In this document: positions 40,282 to 49,869 of the stretch, in pieces
Layout of the letters: every line of letters starts with the position of its first letter
How positions within the stretch are numbered: position 1 is the first letter of the stretch
Assembly: GCA_947624265.1 (NCBI GenBank)
Contig: CANQJQ010000001.1
Location: 1 to 56,238, forward strand
Reading direction: 5' to 3'
Origin: Candidatus Gastranaerophilales bacterium
GTDB taxonomy: Bacteria; Cyanobacteriota; Vampirovibrionia; Gastranaerophilales; Gastranaerophilaceae
DNA length: 56,238 nt
Program-made: the position numbers and the translations under genes
Notes under the pieces: generated by a model
What the model saw: only the letters and a program-made list of their open reading frames with translations
The model's database searches: none
What the model was told of the DNA's origin: nothing

Positions 40282-41652
40282 TTGTTTGAAAAATTTACCG
40301 AAAAAGCAATAGATATAGTGAAATCAGCTCAAATATATGCAATTAAGCATAACCATGAAAAAATATACCCCGAACATTTATTGCTGGCACTGTTAAACGA
40401 TAACACAAGCATTATAGTTAAAACATTTTCAATATATAAAATTGAAATTAATGAAATAAAAAAAGAAATAGAAAAAATCTTAAACGTAAAAGTCGGTTCA
40501 AAACCCGTGGAATTTGTAAGTTTTTCTGAGTCTTCAAGAGATGTATTTATCAGAACATTAGATATCGCAAGAATTTTAGGGAACTTATATATAAAACCGG
40601 AGCACCTTTTTCTTGCAATATGGGATTATCCAAAATTAGAGCTTACTGATGTTTTAAAGGAAAAGGGTATAGACATAGACAAAATAAAGACCATGTTCTA
40701 TAACATTTTATCCGCAAATAAACAAAAAAAGGTTAAACATCCTGAAAGCATCGAAAAAAGAAGACGAATGGACACAAATGAAAGTATTTTTTCATTAATT
40801 GAACGTTCCGACAGCTCCAAAATCTTCGACAGAGCAATTGCTAAATTATCCACCTCAAATTATGAGATTTTAGGTACTGAACAAATTATGCAATCAATAT
40901 TGGAAGATGAAAATTCAGAACTTGTAAAAACCTTGGAAGGATTTGGAGTTACATCTCAAACTTTTTCGGAAAAACTAAAAGAACTTTCATCAAGGAAAGC
41001 GGAATTTGAAGATAAACAAATAATATTTACTCCGAATGCGCTAAAAACGATAATGAACGCGATAGATATCGTAAGAGAAGAAGGAAATGCTTCCATTCTG
41101 CCTGAGCATATAATTTTAGGCATATTAAAGTCAAAAAAAGGTATTGCATATAATATTTTAAAAGAATTAAATGTTAATGAATTTCTGCTTGAAGAAAAAA
41201 TAATGCAGCCGATAGAAAAACAAGTTAATGAAACATTATATATTATGAGGCTGGCAAAACAGGAAGCAAGAAGAATAGGCAACAACACCGTAGGAAGCGA
41301 ATTAATATTATTAGGCATAGTGCTTGAAGCAAACAGTATAGCAGCAGGTGTTTTAAGAGATTTAGGCGTTATTGTAAAAGATGCAAGAGAAGTTATAGAA
41401 GAACTAATCGGAGTAAATGAAGATTATACAACAAGTGAAATTACGTTTAGCCAAAGGGCAAAACTAATACTTGAGGATGCTTGGAATATCGCAAAAAGCC
41501 AAAATAAAACAAAAACTACGGCTGATGATTTACTAATAGCTATTTGCAATCAACCTGATTCGGTTGCAATGAAGGCATTAAGCAGATTAGGGGTAGATGC
41601 GCTTGAAATCAGACAAGGTATCAAAAACAGACTTGAACACTTCACTATTTGA
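40282..41652 (+). CDS. Clp N-terminal-domain-only protein (six Clp_N repeats, i.e. three tandem N-domains, no AAA+ module)
   Basis: The TTG at 40282, preceded by aagga, gives MFEKFTEKAIDIV, the ClpC-like start. Repeat cores: IYPEHLLLALL, IKPEHLFLAIW, ILGTEQIMQSIL, ILPEHIILGIL, VGSELILLGIV, TADDLLIAIC. No Walker A motif anywhere. Confidence 0.7.
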   Translation: MFEKFTEKAIDIVKSAQIYAIKHNHEKIYPEHLLLALLNDNTSIIVKTFSIYKIEINEIKKEIEKILNVKVGSKPVEFVSFSESSRDVFIRTLDIARILGNLYIKPEHLFLAIWDYPKLELTDVLKEKGIDIDKIKTMFYNILSANKQKKVKHPESIEKRRRMDTNESIFSLIERSDSSKIFDRAIAKLSTSNYEILGTEQIMQSILEDENSELVKTLEGFGVTSQTFSEKLKELSSRKAEFEDKQIIFTPNALKTIMNAIDIVREEGNASILPEHIILGILKSKKGIAYNILKELNVNEFLLEEKIMQPIEKQVNETLYIMRLAKQEARRIGNNTVGSELILLGIVLEANSIAAGVLRDLGVIVKDAREVIEELIGVNEDYTTSEITFSQRAKLILEDAWNIAKSQNKTKTTADDLLIAICNQPDSVAMKALSRLGVDALEIRQGIKNRLEHFTI

Positions 41653-43453
41653 ACTTTTAGTTCCTGCAAATAATAAAGAAACTGCTATTATGGCTGTAAA
41701 TGCAGGCGCGGATGCGGTTTATATAGGATATTCAAAATTCGGAGCAAGAGCGCAAGCCGGCAACTCTATTGAAGATATTATTGATGTTATTGAATATGCC
41801 CATAAGTATAGAGTAAAAGTTTACATTACAATTAATACAATTTTAAAAGATGATGAGCTTGAGCAGGCACAAAAGCTTATTTGGAAATTACATTCAATAA
41901 AAGCAGACGCTATTATTATTCAAGATATGGGACTTCTTGAATGCAGTCTGCCTCCTATACCCATTATAGCAAGTACTCAATGCCATAATAACACTTTAGA
42001 AAAAATTAAATTTCTGGAAAAAACCGGATTTAAAAGGGTAATTCTCCCCAGAGAAATTACATTAACTGAAATCCAAGAAATATCAAAAAATACAGATATA
42101 GAGCTTGAATGTTTTATCCATGGCGCATTATGCATGTCATACAGCGGACAATGTTACATGAGTTGTTATTCGGGAGGAAGAAGCGCCAACAGAGGTGAAT
42201 GCGCTCAACCTTGCAGAAAAAAATACTCGCTTAAAAGTGCCGACGGTAAATATATTGTTAAAAATAAATACTTATTAAGCCTTAAAGATTTTAATTTGTC
42301 AGACAGATTAGAAGATTTAATTTTAAGCGGAATTACCTCTTTTAAAATTGAAGGCAGACTAAAAAATAAAACCTACGTAATCAATACAACCGCTTTTTAC
42401 AGAAAAAAACTGGATGAAATATTAAATAAATATAACCTTAAAAGGGCTTCAATGGGAATAAGCCAATATGATTTTGAGCCTGACATAAATAAAACCTTCA
42501 ATCGAGGATTTACTGATTTTTATATAACAGGAAAAAAGAATAAGATTGCAACAATAGATTATACGTCTTCTTTAGGAGAATATATCGGGAAAGTAAAAGA
42601 AACAACAAAAAACTCTTTCTTAATTCCCAATATTAAATTTAATAACGGCGACGGTATATGCTTCTTTGATAAAAATAAAACACTGATAGGAACTTATATT
42701 AACAAAACGGACAACAATTACACATTCCCCTCCTCAATGGAAGGAATAAAAGAAGGAACAACAATATACAGAAACTTTAATAAAGAGTTTGAGGATAAAC
42801 TGCAAAATTCAAAACCTTTAAGAAAACTCCCTCTAACTTTAAAAATCAGAAAAAACTTAATGGGTCTGAATTTTTTCTTAACCGATGAGGAGGATAACAC
42901 TGCATGCCTGATTATCCCGTATGAGAAAGCTCAAAATAAAGAAAAATCCGTAAAAATATTGGAAGAACAACTTATAAAAACAGGAAATACGGAATTTAAC
43001 ATCATAAATACTGATATAAAAATAACTGAAGCCCCTTTTATTAAAATATCAAAACTTAACGAAATAAGAAGAACTTTAATTGAACATTTACGCAAAATAA
43101 GAAAAAAGAACTATAAATATAATTCGAGATTTAATAAAATTAAAGTTTGTGATTATCCGATAAAAACTTTAGACTACACTGCAAATATTTATAATAAAAA
43201 AGCAGAAGAATTTTATAAAAAAAGAAATTGTACTGTAAAAGAATTCGCTTTTGAAATAAACCCTAAAGAACATGAGCATGCTATTCTTATGACATCAAAA
43301 TACTGCATAAAAAATCAACTTGGTTTATGTCCGAAACAAAGCGGAAGAAATAAATTTAAAGAACCATTTATATTAATAGATGAAGGCAACAAGAAGGAGT
43401 ATCTTGTTGCCTTTAGTTGTCTCGACTGTGTTATGAAAGTAATTGCAAATTAA
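41597..43453 (+). CDS. peptidase U32 family protein
   Basis: ELLVPANNKETAIMAVNAGADAVYIG and the U32 signature ECFIHGALCMSYSGQCYMS. The start is uncertain: ATG at 41597 (overlaps the upstream gene by 56 nt) or in-frame TTG at 41633. Confidence 0.85.
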   Translation: MRLKSDKVSKTDLNTSLFELLVPANNKETAIMAVNAGADAVYIGYSKFGARAQAGNSIEDIIDVIEYAHKYRVKVYITINTILKDDELEQAQKLIWKLHSIKADAIIIQDMGLLECSLPPIPIIASTQCHNNTLEKIKFLEKTGFKRVILPREITLTEIQEISKNTDIELECFIHGALCMSYSGQCYMSCYSGGRSANRGECAQPCRKKYSLKSADGKYIVKNKYLLSLKDFNLSDRLEDLILSGITSFKIEGRLKNKTYVINTTAFYRKKLDEILNKYNLKRASMGISQYDFEPDINKTFNRGFTDFYITGKKNKIATIDYTSSLGEYIGKVKETTKNSFLIPNIKFNNGDGICFFDKNKTLIGTYINKTDNNYTFPSSMEGIKEGTTIYRNFNKEFEDKLQNSKPLRKLPLTLKIRKNLMGLNFFLTDEEDNTACLIIPYEKAQNKEKSVKILEEQLIKTGNTEFNIINTDIKITEAPFIKISKLNEIRRTLIEHLRKIRKKNYKYNSRFNKIKVCDYPIKTLDYTANIYNKKAEEFYKKRNCTVKEFAFEINPKEHEHAILMTSKYCIKNQLGLCPKQSGRNKFKEPFILIDEGNKKEYLVAFSCLDCVMKVIAN

Positions 43454-44034
43454 ACTCTTTTTAATGATGCATAAGCGGGTTGGTTAGCTATTATATTAGC
43501 GATTGAAGTCATTTGATTGCCGTCATTTACATATAATTTAGATAAATAGTTTAATCTTTTTACTAATTTAGAATCGCTTGATTTTAAAGAAGGATTAACT
43601 TGAGTAAATGCAACCCATGTTTGAACTTCAGCCGTCCAAGCTCTGACTTCTTCTTCATAAGTTTTTGTATTTTCGTGGTGAACGCTTTCGTGAGCGATTA
43701 AGCAAGCTATAGCTTCAACAGGAGCTGTTTTATAGTTTGAGCTTATTATTATAGTCAAACCGCCATCAGCTGTTTTTGCAGTAACTGCTTCACAAGTACC
43801 GTAACCCAATACAGCCATATCTCTGAACATTATTCTGATAGGTCTGTTTGTAGAGTTTTGACCTTTTATAACATTTAAAACTTTTGTATTATGCATTGCT
43901 TCTAATCTGTTAAGCGCTTCAACCAAAGCAGGCTGCTTAGTATTTGCCGAAAAATCACCGGCAAAAGCAACATTATATACGCTCATCAAAACTAATGCGC
44001 TAAAAAGCACAACTATCTTACTCAATAATTTCAT
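43450..44034 (-). CDS. small exported protein with HExxH motif (putative zinc metallopeptidase-like)
   Basis: Signal peptide MKLLSKIVVLFSALVLMSVYNVAFA and CLIAHESVHHE. I prefer the ATG at 44034, preceded by aaagga, over the TTG at 44055. Confidence 0.5.
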   Translation of the reverse strand: MKLLSKIVVLFSALVLMSVYNVAFAGDFSANTKQPALVEALNRLEAMHNTKVLNVIKGQNSTNRPIRIMFRDMAVLGYGTCEAVTAKTADGGLTIIISSNYKTAPVEAIACLIAHESVHHENTKTYEEEVRAWTAEVQTWVAFTQVNPSLKSSDSKLVKRLNYLSKLYVNDGNQMTSIANIIANQPAYASLKRV

Positions 44035-44102
44035 AACAGGGAATCCTTTGAACAACTATCTTTTACATTCTTGTGAGTTTTTCTTTCACCTCACAAATGT
44101 GT

Positions 44103-44130
44103 GTATCGGCATTAAAAAAAAATACTTTAG
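44103..44130 (-). promoter_or_regulatory. sigma-28 (FliA/SigD)-type promoter upstream of the HExxH protein gene
   Basis: The minus strand reads CTAAAGTAT-ttttttttaat-GCCGATAC. The -35 TAAAGTAT matches at 7/8, the spacer is 11 nt, and the -10 GCCGATAC matches at 7/8. The architecture is the same as the site at 24037-24064. Confidence 0.65.
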
Positions 44131-44264
44131 TTTTAAGTTCAAATTTTTATATTTTTTGTAACATTTCTTTACAGAACTCTTTTTAAGATAGCCGAAAACC
44201 CTTTAAAATTAAGGTTTTTTATTTTTAGCTTTTTACTGTATAATTAAAAAAGAAGAGGGATAGT

Positions 44265-45572
44265 ATGTTTGATATCGGAATTATAGGAGCAGGCCCAGGG
44301 GGCTACAGTGCAGCTATCAGAGCCGCACAAAAAGGTTTAAGTGTTGTTTTATTTGAAAAAGAATATATAGGCGGAACCTGTTTAAATAAAGGATGTATAC
44401 CGACTAAAACCATTTTGCACTCTTGTAAAGTACTTTCCGAACTTAAAAATGCTGATAAATTCGGGATAAAAGCCGAAAATATCTCTTTTGATTTTGAAAA
44501 AATACAAGAAAGACAAAAAACGGTATCCGAAAAAATAAGAAAATCACTCACTAATTTAATTAAAAGTTACGGTATTGTTATAGTTGAAGACAAAGCTGAT
44601 ATCGAAAACGAGCATGTAATAAAAACTTCAACGGATAAATATGAGGTAAAAAATATAATTATAGCAGTAGGCTCTGAGCCCAATAAAATTAACTTTAAAG
44701 GTATTTACAATGAGGATTTTTTATTAACCTCGGATGATATTTTAAACTTAAATCAACTTCCAAACAATGTATTAATAGTTGGTTCGGGCGCTATAGGCTT
44801 GGAATGGGCAAGAATTCTTTCTGCCTTGGGGGTTAAAATTACTATTATAGAGATGATGGATAAAATAATCCCTAATGCTGATTTTGAAGTATCTCAAAGG
44901 GCTGAAAGACTCCTAAAAAAAAGCCGAATTGATTTTTATACTTCAACTACAATAGAAGAAATTCAAAATAAAAGTATTATTTTATCAAACGGAAAAGTCG
45001 TTGAAGCTGATAATATTCTCGTAGCTGCAGGCAGAAAACCTGTTAAAGATTTAAATCCATCCCTCGAGAATTTAAATAAAGATAATATATATATTATAGG
45101 AGATGCAACAGGACAAAGCATGCTTGCGCACAGTGCAACAAAACAGGCAGAAGATGTTATAGAACATATTATTAACGGAACTGCATTAAAATTTGATAAA
45201 AATCTTGTACCCTCTGTAATATACGGCCATCCTGAAATTGCGCAGATAGGAAAAACAGAACAAGAACTTCAAAAAGAAGGCATTAACTATAAAAAATCCT
45301 TCTTTCCCGTATCGGCTTTGGGTAAAGCCTGGGCAGAAGATAAAACAGAAGGTTTTATAAAAATTCTTGCCACAGATAAAGAAATTTTAGGCGCTCATAT
45401 AATATCTGAAGAAGCAAGCGCAATGATAGAACAAATTGCAATAGCCATGACAAATAAGCTTGCTCCCAAAAATATTCAGGATGTAATATTTGCACACCCC
45501 ACATACTCTGAAGGAGTGTTAGAAAGCTTCTTGGCGCTTGATAATCTTGCGATTAATATTCCGCAAAAATAA
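44265..45572 (+). CDS. lpdA: dihydrolipoyl dehydrogenase-like FAD/NAD disulfide oxidoreductase
   Basis: IGAGPGGY, GGTCLNKGCIPTK redox disulfide, and C-terminal HAHPTYSE. No E1 or E2 partner genes lie nearby. Confidence 0.85.
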   Translation: MFDIGIIGAGPGGYSAAIRAAQKGLSVVLFEKEYIGGTCLNKGCIPTKTILHSCKVLSELKNADKFGIKAENISFDFEKIQERQKTVSEKIRKSLTNLIKSYGIVIVEDKADIENEHVIKTSTDKYEVKNIIIAVGSEPNKINFKGIYNEDFLLTSDDILNLNQLPNNVLIVGSGAIGLEWARILSALGVKITIIEMMDKIIPNADFEVSQRAERLLKKSRIDFYTSTTIEEIQNKSIILSNGKVVEADNILVAAGRKPVKDLNPSLENLNKDNIYIIGDATGQSMLAHSATKQAEDVIEHIINGTALKFDKNLVPSVIYGHPEIAQIGKTEQELQKEGINYKKSFFPVSALGKAWAEDKTEGFIKILATDKEILGAHIISEEASAMIEQIAIAMTNKLAPKNIQDVIFAHPTYSEGVLESFLALDNLAINIPQK

Positions 45573-45980
45573 TTACAATACTTTCTGAAAATTAATATTA
45601 TTATTTATTTCAATATAATTATGCAATTTTTGTAAAAGAGAAGGCGAAAAATTATATTTATTATCTGCGGGAATAATTTTTATAAAAGAGTTATAGCCGT
45701 CTTGAGAAGATATATATGCGATAAATTCTTTGGAATATGCTTTAAATAATACGCTTCCCGTTTTAAATTGAATTTCTTCAATGGAATAATTATATTCATT
45801 AATAGCCGAGAGTAAAAGATATAAAAGATTTTCAGAGGTTGTTTTATATGATTTTGCAAAATCTAAAGTTGTAGGAACGGTTTTAATTGCAGTAGCAGTC
45901 GGAATAATATTTTCCGCAAAACCATAAGACGGGGTTAAAACCATCAACAAAAATATAATTAAAACTGTTATATGCCTCAT
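45573..45980 (-). CDS. small exported hypothetical protein
   Basis: MRHITVLIIFLLMVLTPSYGFA signal peptide. The ATG at 45980 overlaps the polA stop (TAATG) and is preceded by ggaga. Confidence 0.5.
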   Translation of the reverse strand: MRHITVLIIFLLMVLTPSYGFAENIIPTATAIKTVPTTLDFAKSYKTTSENLLYLLLSAINEYNYSIEEIQFKTGSVLFKAYSKEFIAYISSQDGYNSFIKIIPADNKYNFSPSLLQKLHNYIEINNNINFQKVL

Positions 45981-48850
45981 TATATCTCCATCCAAGATTG
46001 TCCTTGATAAATATCGACCTTTAGCGGAACTAAAAATTGATTATCAAGTTCCATAGCTTTTTGAACAAGTGATTTTACCTCGTCTATTTCAGTATTAACT
46101 GTTTCTATAACAAGTTCATCATGCACTTGTATGATTATTTTAGATTTAATGTTATTTTTTGTAAAGTCATCATGTAACCTAACCATAGCGAGTTTCATAA
46201 CATCAGCGGCAGTTCCTTGAATAGGCGCGTTAATAGCTGCACGCTGAGCTGCTTCTTGAATTTTTGCATTTGAAGATAATAAACCCGAGCTCAAATACCG
46301 TTTTCTGCCCCAGAGTGTTTCCACATAACCATGAGCGTATGCAAATTTAATTGTTTCATCCATATAAGTTTTAACATCGGGATACGATTTAAAATATTTA
46401 TCTATAAAATCCTGTGCTTCAAATGGCGAAATACCAAGACTTGAAGCCAATCCGTATCTTGATTGACCGTATACAATACCGAAGTTAACCGTTTTTGCTT
46501 TAGAACGCATTTCCTTTGTAACTTCATCAATCGGGACGCCAAATACTTTGCTCGCAGTTGAGCTGTGAACATCTTCATCAGAGCAAAAGGCTTCAATTAA
46601 ATTATCATCTCGGGAAATATGAGCCAAAAGTCTTAATTCAATTTGTGAATAATCCGCCGATATTATCACATTTTCTTTATTTTCGGCAGTAAAGGCGCCT
46701 CGTATTCTGTTGCCGAGCTCCGTTCTTGTCGGAATATTTTGTAAATTCGGATTTGAAGAAGACAGACGGCCAGTAGTTGTTATTGTTTGGTTAAAACTTG
46801 TATGAATTCTGTTATCTATCGGGCTTCTCAATTCAGGCAGAGTTTCCACGTATGTGCTTTTTAATTTAGCAAGATGTCTTTGTTCAAGTATATCTTTTGC
46901 TATTTGATGTTCTTCAGCCAAAGTTTCAAGTACTTTAGCATTAGTTGAAAAACCTGTTTTAGACCTCATTCCTTTTGCTTTAAGGTTCAATTTACCAAAA
47001 AGGATATCTCCCACCTGTTTAGGCGAGTTAATATTAAATCTTTCGCCTGCGGCCTCATATATTTTAGACTCAACCGCAGTTAACTTCTCATTTATTTCCG
47101 CATCAATAGCACTTAAACAGTTAATATCTATATGTGCACCGTTTTCTTCCATTTGCGCTAAAACAATAGTTAAAGGCACTTCAATATTATATAAGAGGTC
47201 AAGTTCTTTTTCATCAAGGTTTTGCGACCAGTATTTAGTCAGAAGTAAAGTAGCAAAAGCATCATCACAAGCGTATGAAGCAGCATCTTCTATAGATACT
47301 GTTTCAATCGTGAGAGAAGCCGAACTGTTTTTTAAAAGCTGCTCATATTCAACCATCATATAATCAAGATAGTCGCTTGCCTGCTGTTTTAGTCCGTGTT
47401 TGCGCGAAGAATCTTTTATATAACTTGCAAGCATTGTGTCAAATATTATATTTTTCATCGGCATGGAATGATGCTTTAAAACATGATAATCAAATTTAGC
47501 ATTCTGCAGTGTTTTTGCAATTTTCTCATCTTCTAAAACAGGCGCGAGATATTTGATTACCGTTTCTAATTCCAATTGCTGCCCTACAAGATGAAATACA
47601 GGGATATAATATGATTTAACCAAATCACTTTTTGTTTCATCAATTTTTACCCTTCCGTTTTTAGCTTGAATTTGTTCGCAATATGCAATAGATATACCTA
47701 CCAAGTCGCACTCTAAAGGATTAATTCCCGTAGTTTCCACATCTATTGAAAAAACAGTCTGCGTGTTTAATTCTTCAATTAATTTGTTAAGTTTTTCAAG
47801 GGTATCTACAATATTTTTTTCGTGGTTATATTCTTTATGCGATACTTGTACCAGCATTTCTCCAATACCCAGTCCTAATTGCATCTGCCCTTGCTGCGGG
47901 GTACTTGTTTCAGGATTTAAACAATGTTCAGCCACCTTAGCATCACTAGACCCGATTTTAAAAGGTTTTAAAATGTTTTCTGAATTTTTAAGAAAATTAT
48001 AGAACTGATTTTTCTTAAAAAATTCAATAACCGCATCATAATTAGGCATTTCAAGTTTTGCGCAGTCAAAATCAAAATCTATATCTAAATTACGCTGAAT
48101 AGTAGCAAGCTCTTTGCTAAGTAAAGCAATTTCTCTGCCTTCTTTCAATTTTTTATTTAAGGCTTTTTCCGTAACTTCATCAATATGTTCATATATCTGT
48201 TCAAGTTTATCAAATCGTGAAAGAAGTTTACACGCTGTTTTTTCGCCTATTCCTTTAATTCCGGGAATATTATCGGAGGTATCACCCGATAAACCTTTAT
48301 AGTCTGTAATTTGATAGGGATAAACACCCATTTTGTCATACACTTTATACCAATCAAATTCTGTAAGTTCACCTTTCGAGGGCATAATTACTTTAATAAA
48401 GCCTTCTCTATCCACCAGTTGGAAAGAATCTCTATCTCCCGTCAGAATATATGTAGTATGCTGTTTCTGTTTTGCTTTAGCCGCAATCGTTCCTATAACA
48501 TCATCTGCTTCATACCCTTCTTTTGTGTATATAGGGATATTTAAAGCATGCAGTCCTTCTACTATCAAGGCAAGTTGACTTCTTAAAGTATCAGGCATAC
48601 TTTCTCTGTTTGCTTTATATTCAGAATACATCTCGGATCTGTATGTATGCCTTGAAACATCAAAAGTAACAGCTATTGCATCAGGCTTGATTGTTTGATT
48701 TTGTAATAAATCAAAAAGTGCCTTAAAAAATCCGAAAACCGCCCAGGTTGGTTGATTGTCAGTTGTTTTCATCGCTGTTCTTTCAAGTGCAAAAAAATAC
48801 CTGTATGCCAGCGCATGTCCATCTATTAATAAAAAATTTTTATCCTGCAT
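45980..48850 (-). CDS. polA: DNA polymerase I
   Basis: 5' nuclease LLIDGHALAYRYFFA, 3'-5' exonuclease FSIDVETTG, and polymerase motifs DYSQIELR and QVHDELV. I prefer the ATG at 48850 over the TTG at 48898. Confidence 0.96.
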   Translation of the reverse strand: MQDKNFLLIDGHALAYRYFFALERTAMKTTDNQPTWAVFGFFKALFDLLQNQTIKPDAIAVTFDVSRHTYRSEMYSEYKANRESMPDTLRSQLALIVEGLHALNIPIYTKEGYEADDVIGTIAAKAKQKQHTTYILTGDRDSFQLVDREGFIKVIMPSKGELTEFDWYKVYDKMGVYPYQITDYKGLSGDTSDNIPGIKGIGEKTACKLLSRFDKLEQIYEHIDEVTEKALNKKLKEGREIALLSKELATIQRNLDIDFDFDCAKLEMPNYDAVIEFFKKNQFYNFLKNSENILKPFKIGSSDAKVAEHCLNPETSTPQQGQMQLGLGIGEMLVQVSHKEYNHEKNIVDTLEKLNKLIEELNTQTVFSIDVETTGINPLECDLVGISIAYCEQIQAKNGRVKIDETKSDLVKSYYIPVFHLVGQQLELETVIKYLAPVLEDEKIAKTLQNAKFDYHVLKHHSMPMKNIIFDTMLASYIKDSSRKHGLKQQASDYLDYMMVEYEQLLKNSSASLTIETVSIEDAASYACDDAFATLLLTKYWSQNLDEKELDLLYNIEVPLTIVLAQMEENGAHIDINCLSAIDAEINEKLTAVESKIYEAAGERFNINSPKQVGDILFGKLNLKAKGMRSKTGFSTNAKVLETLAEEHQIAKDILEQRHLAKLKSTYVETLPELRSPIDNRIHTSFNQTITTTGRLSSSNPNLQNIPTRTELGNRIRGAFTAENKENVIISADYSQIELRLLAHISRDDNLIEAFCSDEDVHSSTASKVFGVPIDEVTKEMRSKAKTVNFGIVYGQSRYGLASSLGISPFEAQDFIDKYFKSYPDVKTYMDETIKFAYAHGYVETLWGRKRYLSSGLLSSNAKIQEAAQRAAINAPIQGTAADVMKLAMVRLHDDFTKNNIKSKIIIQVHDELVIETVNTEIDEVKSLVQKAMELDNQFLVPLKVDIYQGQSWMEI

Positions 48851-48990
48851 ATATTCCCCACATACATATATTTTAGGGGATTTATGGATTTTTCTCAAGA
48901 ATTTTAAGCTTAGATTATAAATTATTAAGGATTTTTTATACTATTTTTTTATTGATTATAAAATTTTGTTTTTGTTAAAATATAGATACT

Positions 48991-49338
48991 ATGTTACTTG
49001 AATATTTATATGCAAAAATCCATAGAGCTACCGTAACCGACGCAAACCTCAACTATGTTGGTTCTATTACCATAGATGAAGCGATTATGGAAAAAGCAAA
49101 TATGACCGAAGGTCAAAAAGTTGATATTTTAAACATTAATAACGGTGAAAGATTCCAAACATATATAATAGCAGGCAAAAGAGACAATAAAGATTTTTGC
49201 TTAAACGGTGCAGCGGCAAGAAAAGCTCAAATCGGAGATAAAATTATTATCTGCGCTTATGCCCAAATGACACCCGAAGAAGCAAAAACCTTTAAACCTG
49301 CCATTGTTCAATTAAATGATAAAAATGAAATTGTTTAA
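48991..49338 (+). CDS. panD: aspartate 1-decarboxylase
   Basis: [22 protein letters not shown] (self-processing G-S site). Confidence 0.93.
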   Translation: MLLEYLYAKIHRATVTDANLNYVGSITIDEAIMEKANMTEGQKVDILNINNGERFQTYIIAGKRDNKDFCLNGAAARKAQIGDKIIICAYAQMTPEEAKTFKPAIVQLNDKNEIV

Positions 49339-49799
49339 TCTTTATCTAAAAACCTTTGAACTTTTGTATTCATGGATTCTTCTTTAATCTTCCAGTTTCC
49401 GTTAGAATCTTTGCCTATTATAAAATAAGCAGGTATCTTATAATCACTTGTTGAAGGCATCCGCATTGCAGCTACTTTGTAGTTTTTCCCGAAGGGTGTA
49501 ATTTTCACGTTAAAATAATGATTTTTATATTTTCTCAATTTCATTAATTTTGTGGATTTTTTAGCTTCACTTTTATAGCGGTCTAACGGTATATTTACGG
49601 ATTCTTTTGTTCCGTCAGGTTTTTCCACTACTCGGACAATCTTTGCATCATCGCTGTAATATTTAAAATAATCACTGTTATAACTGTTAGCAGCCTCTAT
49701 ATATTCATTAAAAAAACATTGGACATCTTGTATTTCATCACCAAAACATTGCAAGTTAATACATATTCCCAAAAACAGAAGAACAAATAATTTTCTCAT
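49335..49799 (-). CDS. exported hypothetical protein (154 aa)
   Basis: Signal peptide [20 protein letters not shown] recognise no family. Confidence 0.45.
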   Translation of the reverse strand: MRKLFVLLFLGICINLQCFGDEIQDVQCFFNEYIEAANSYNSDYFKYYSDDAKIVRVVEKPDGTKESVNIPLDRYKSEAKKSTKLMKLRKYKNHYFNVKITPFGKNYKVAAMRMPSTSDYKIPAYFIIGKDSNGNWKIKEESMNTKVQRFLDKD

Positions 49800-49808
49800 A
49801 ATTTCTCC

Positions 49809-49847
49809 AAAAAAAATATCAGTAATCTAACATTGTTAAATTACTGA
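49809..49847 (-). terminator. intrinsic terminator after rpoC2
   Basis: On the minus strand, tcagtaat ... attactga (49819-49847) is followed by a U-run (the A-run at 49809-49816 on the plus strand). Confidence 0.7.
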
Positions 49848-49869
49848 CATTTTTTACGAAACTATAAGA

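Noticed and set aside
44097-44186. A 29-aa plus-strand ORF (MCVSALKKNTLVLSSNFYIFCNISLQNSF) in the lpdA upstream gap.
   Set aside because: It has no RBS and low-complexity composition, and it overlaps the minus-strand sigma-28 promoter. It is most likely fortuitous.
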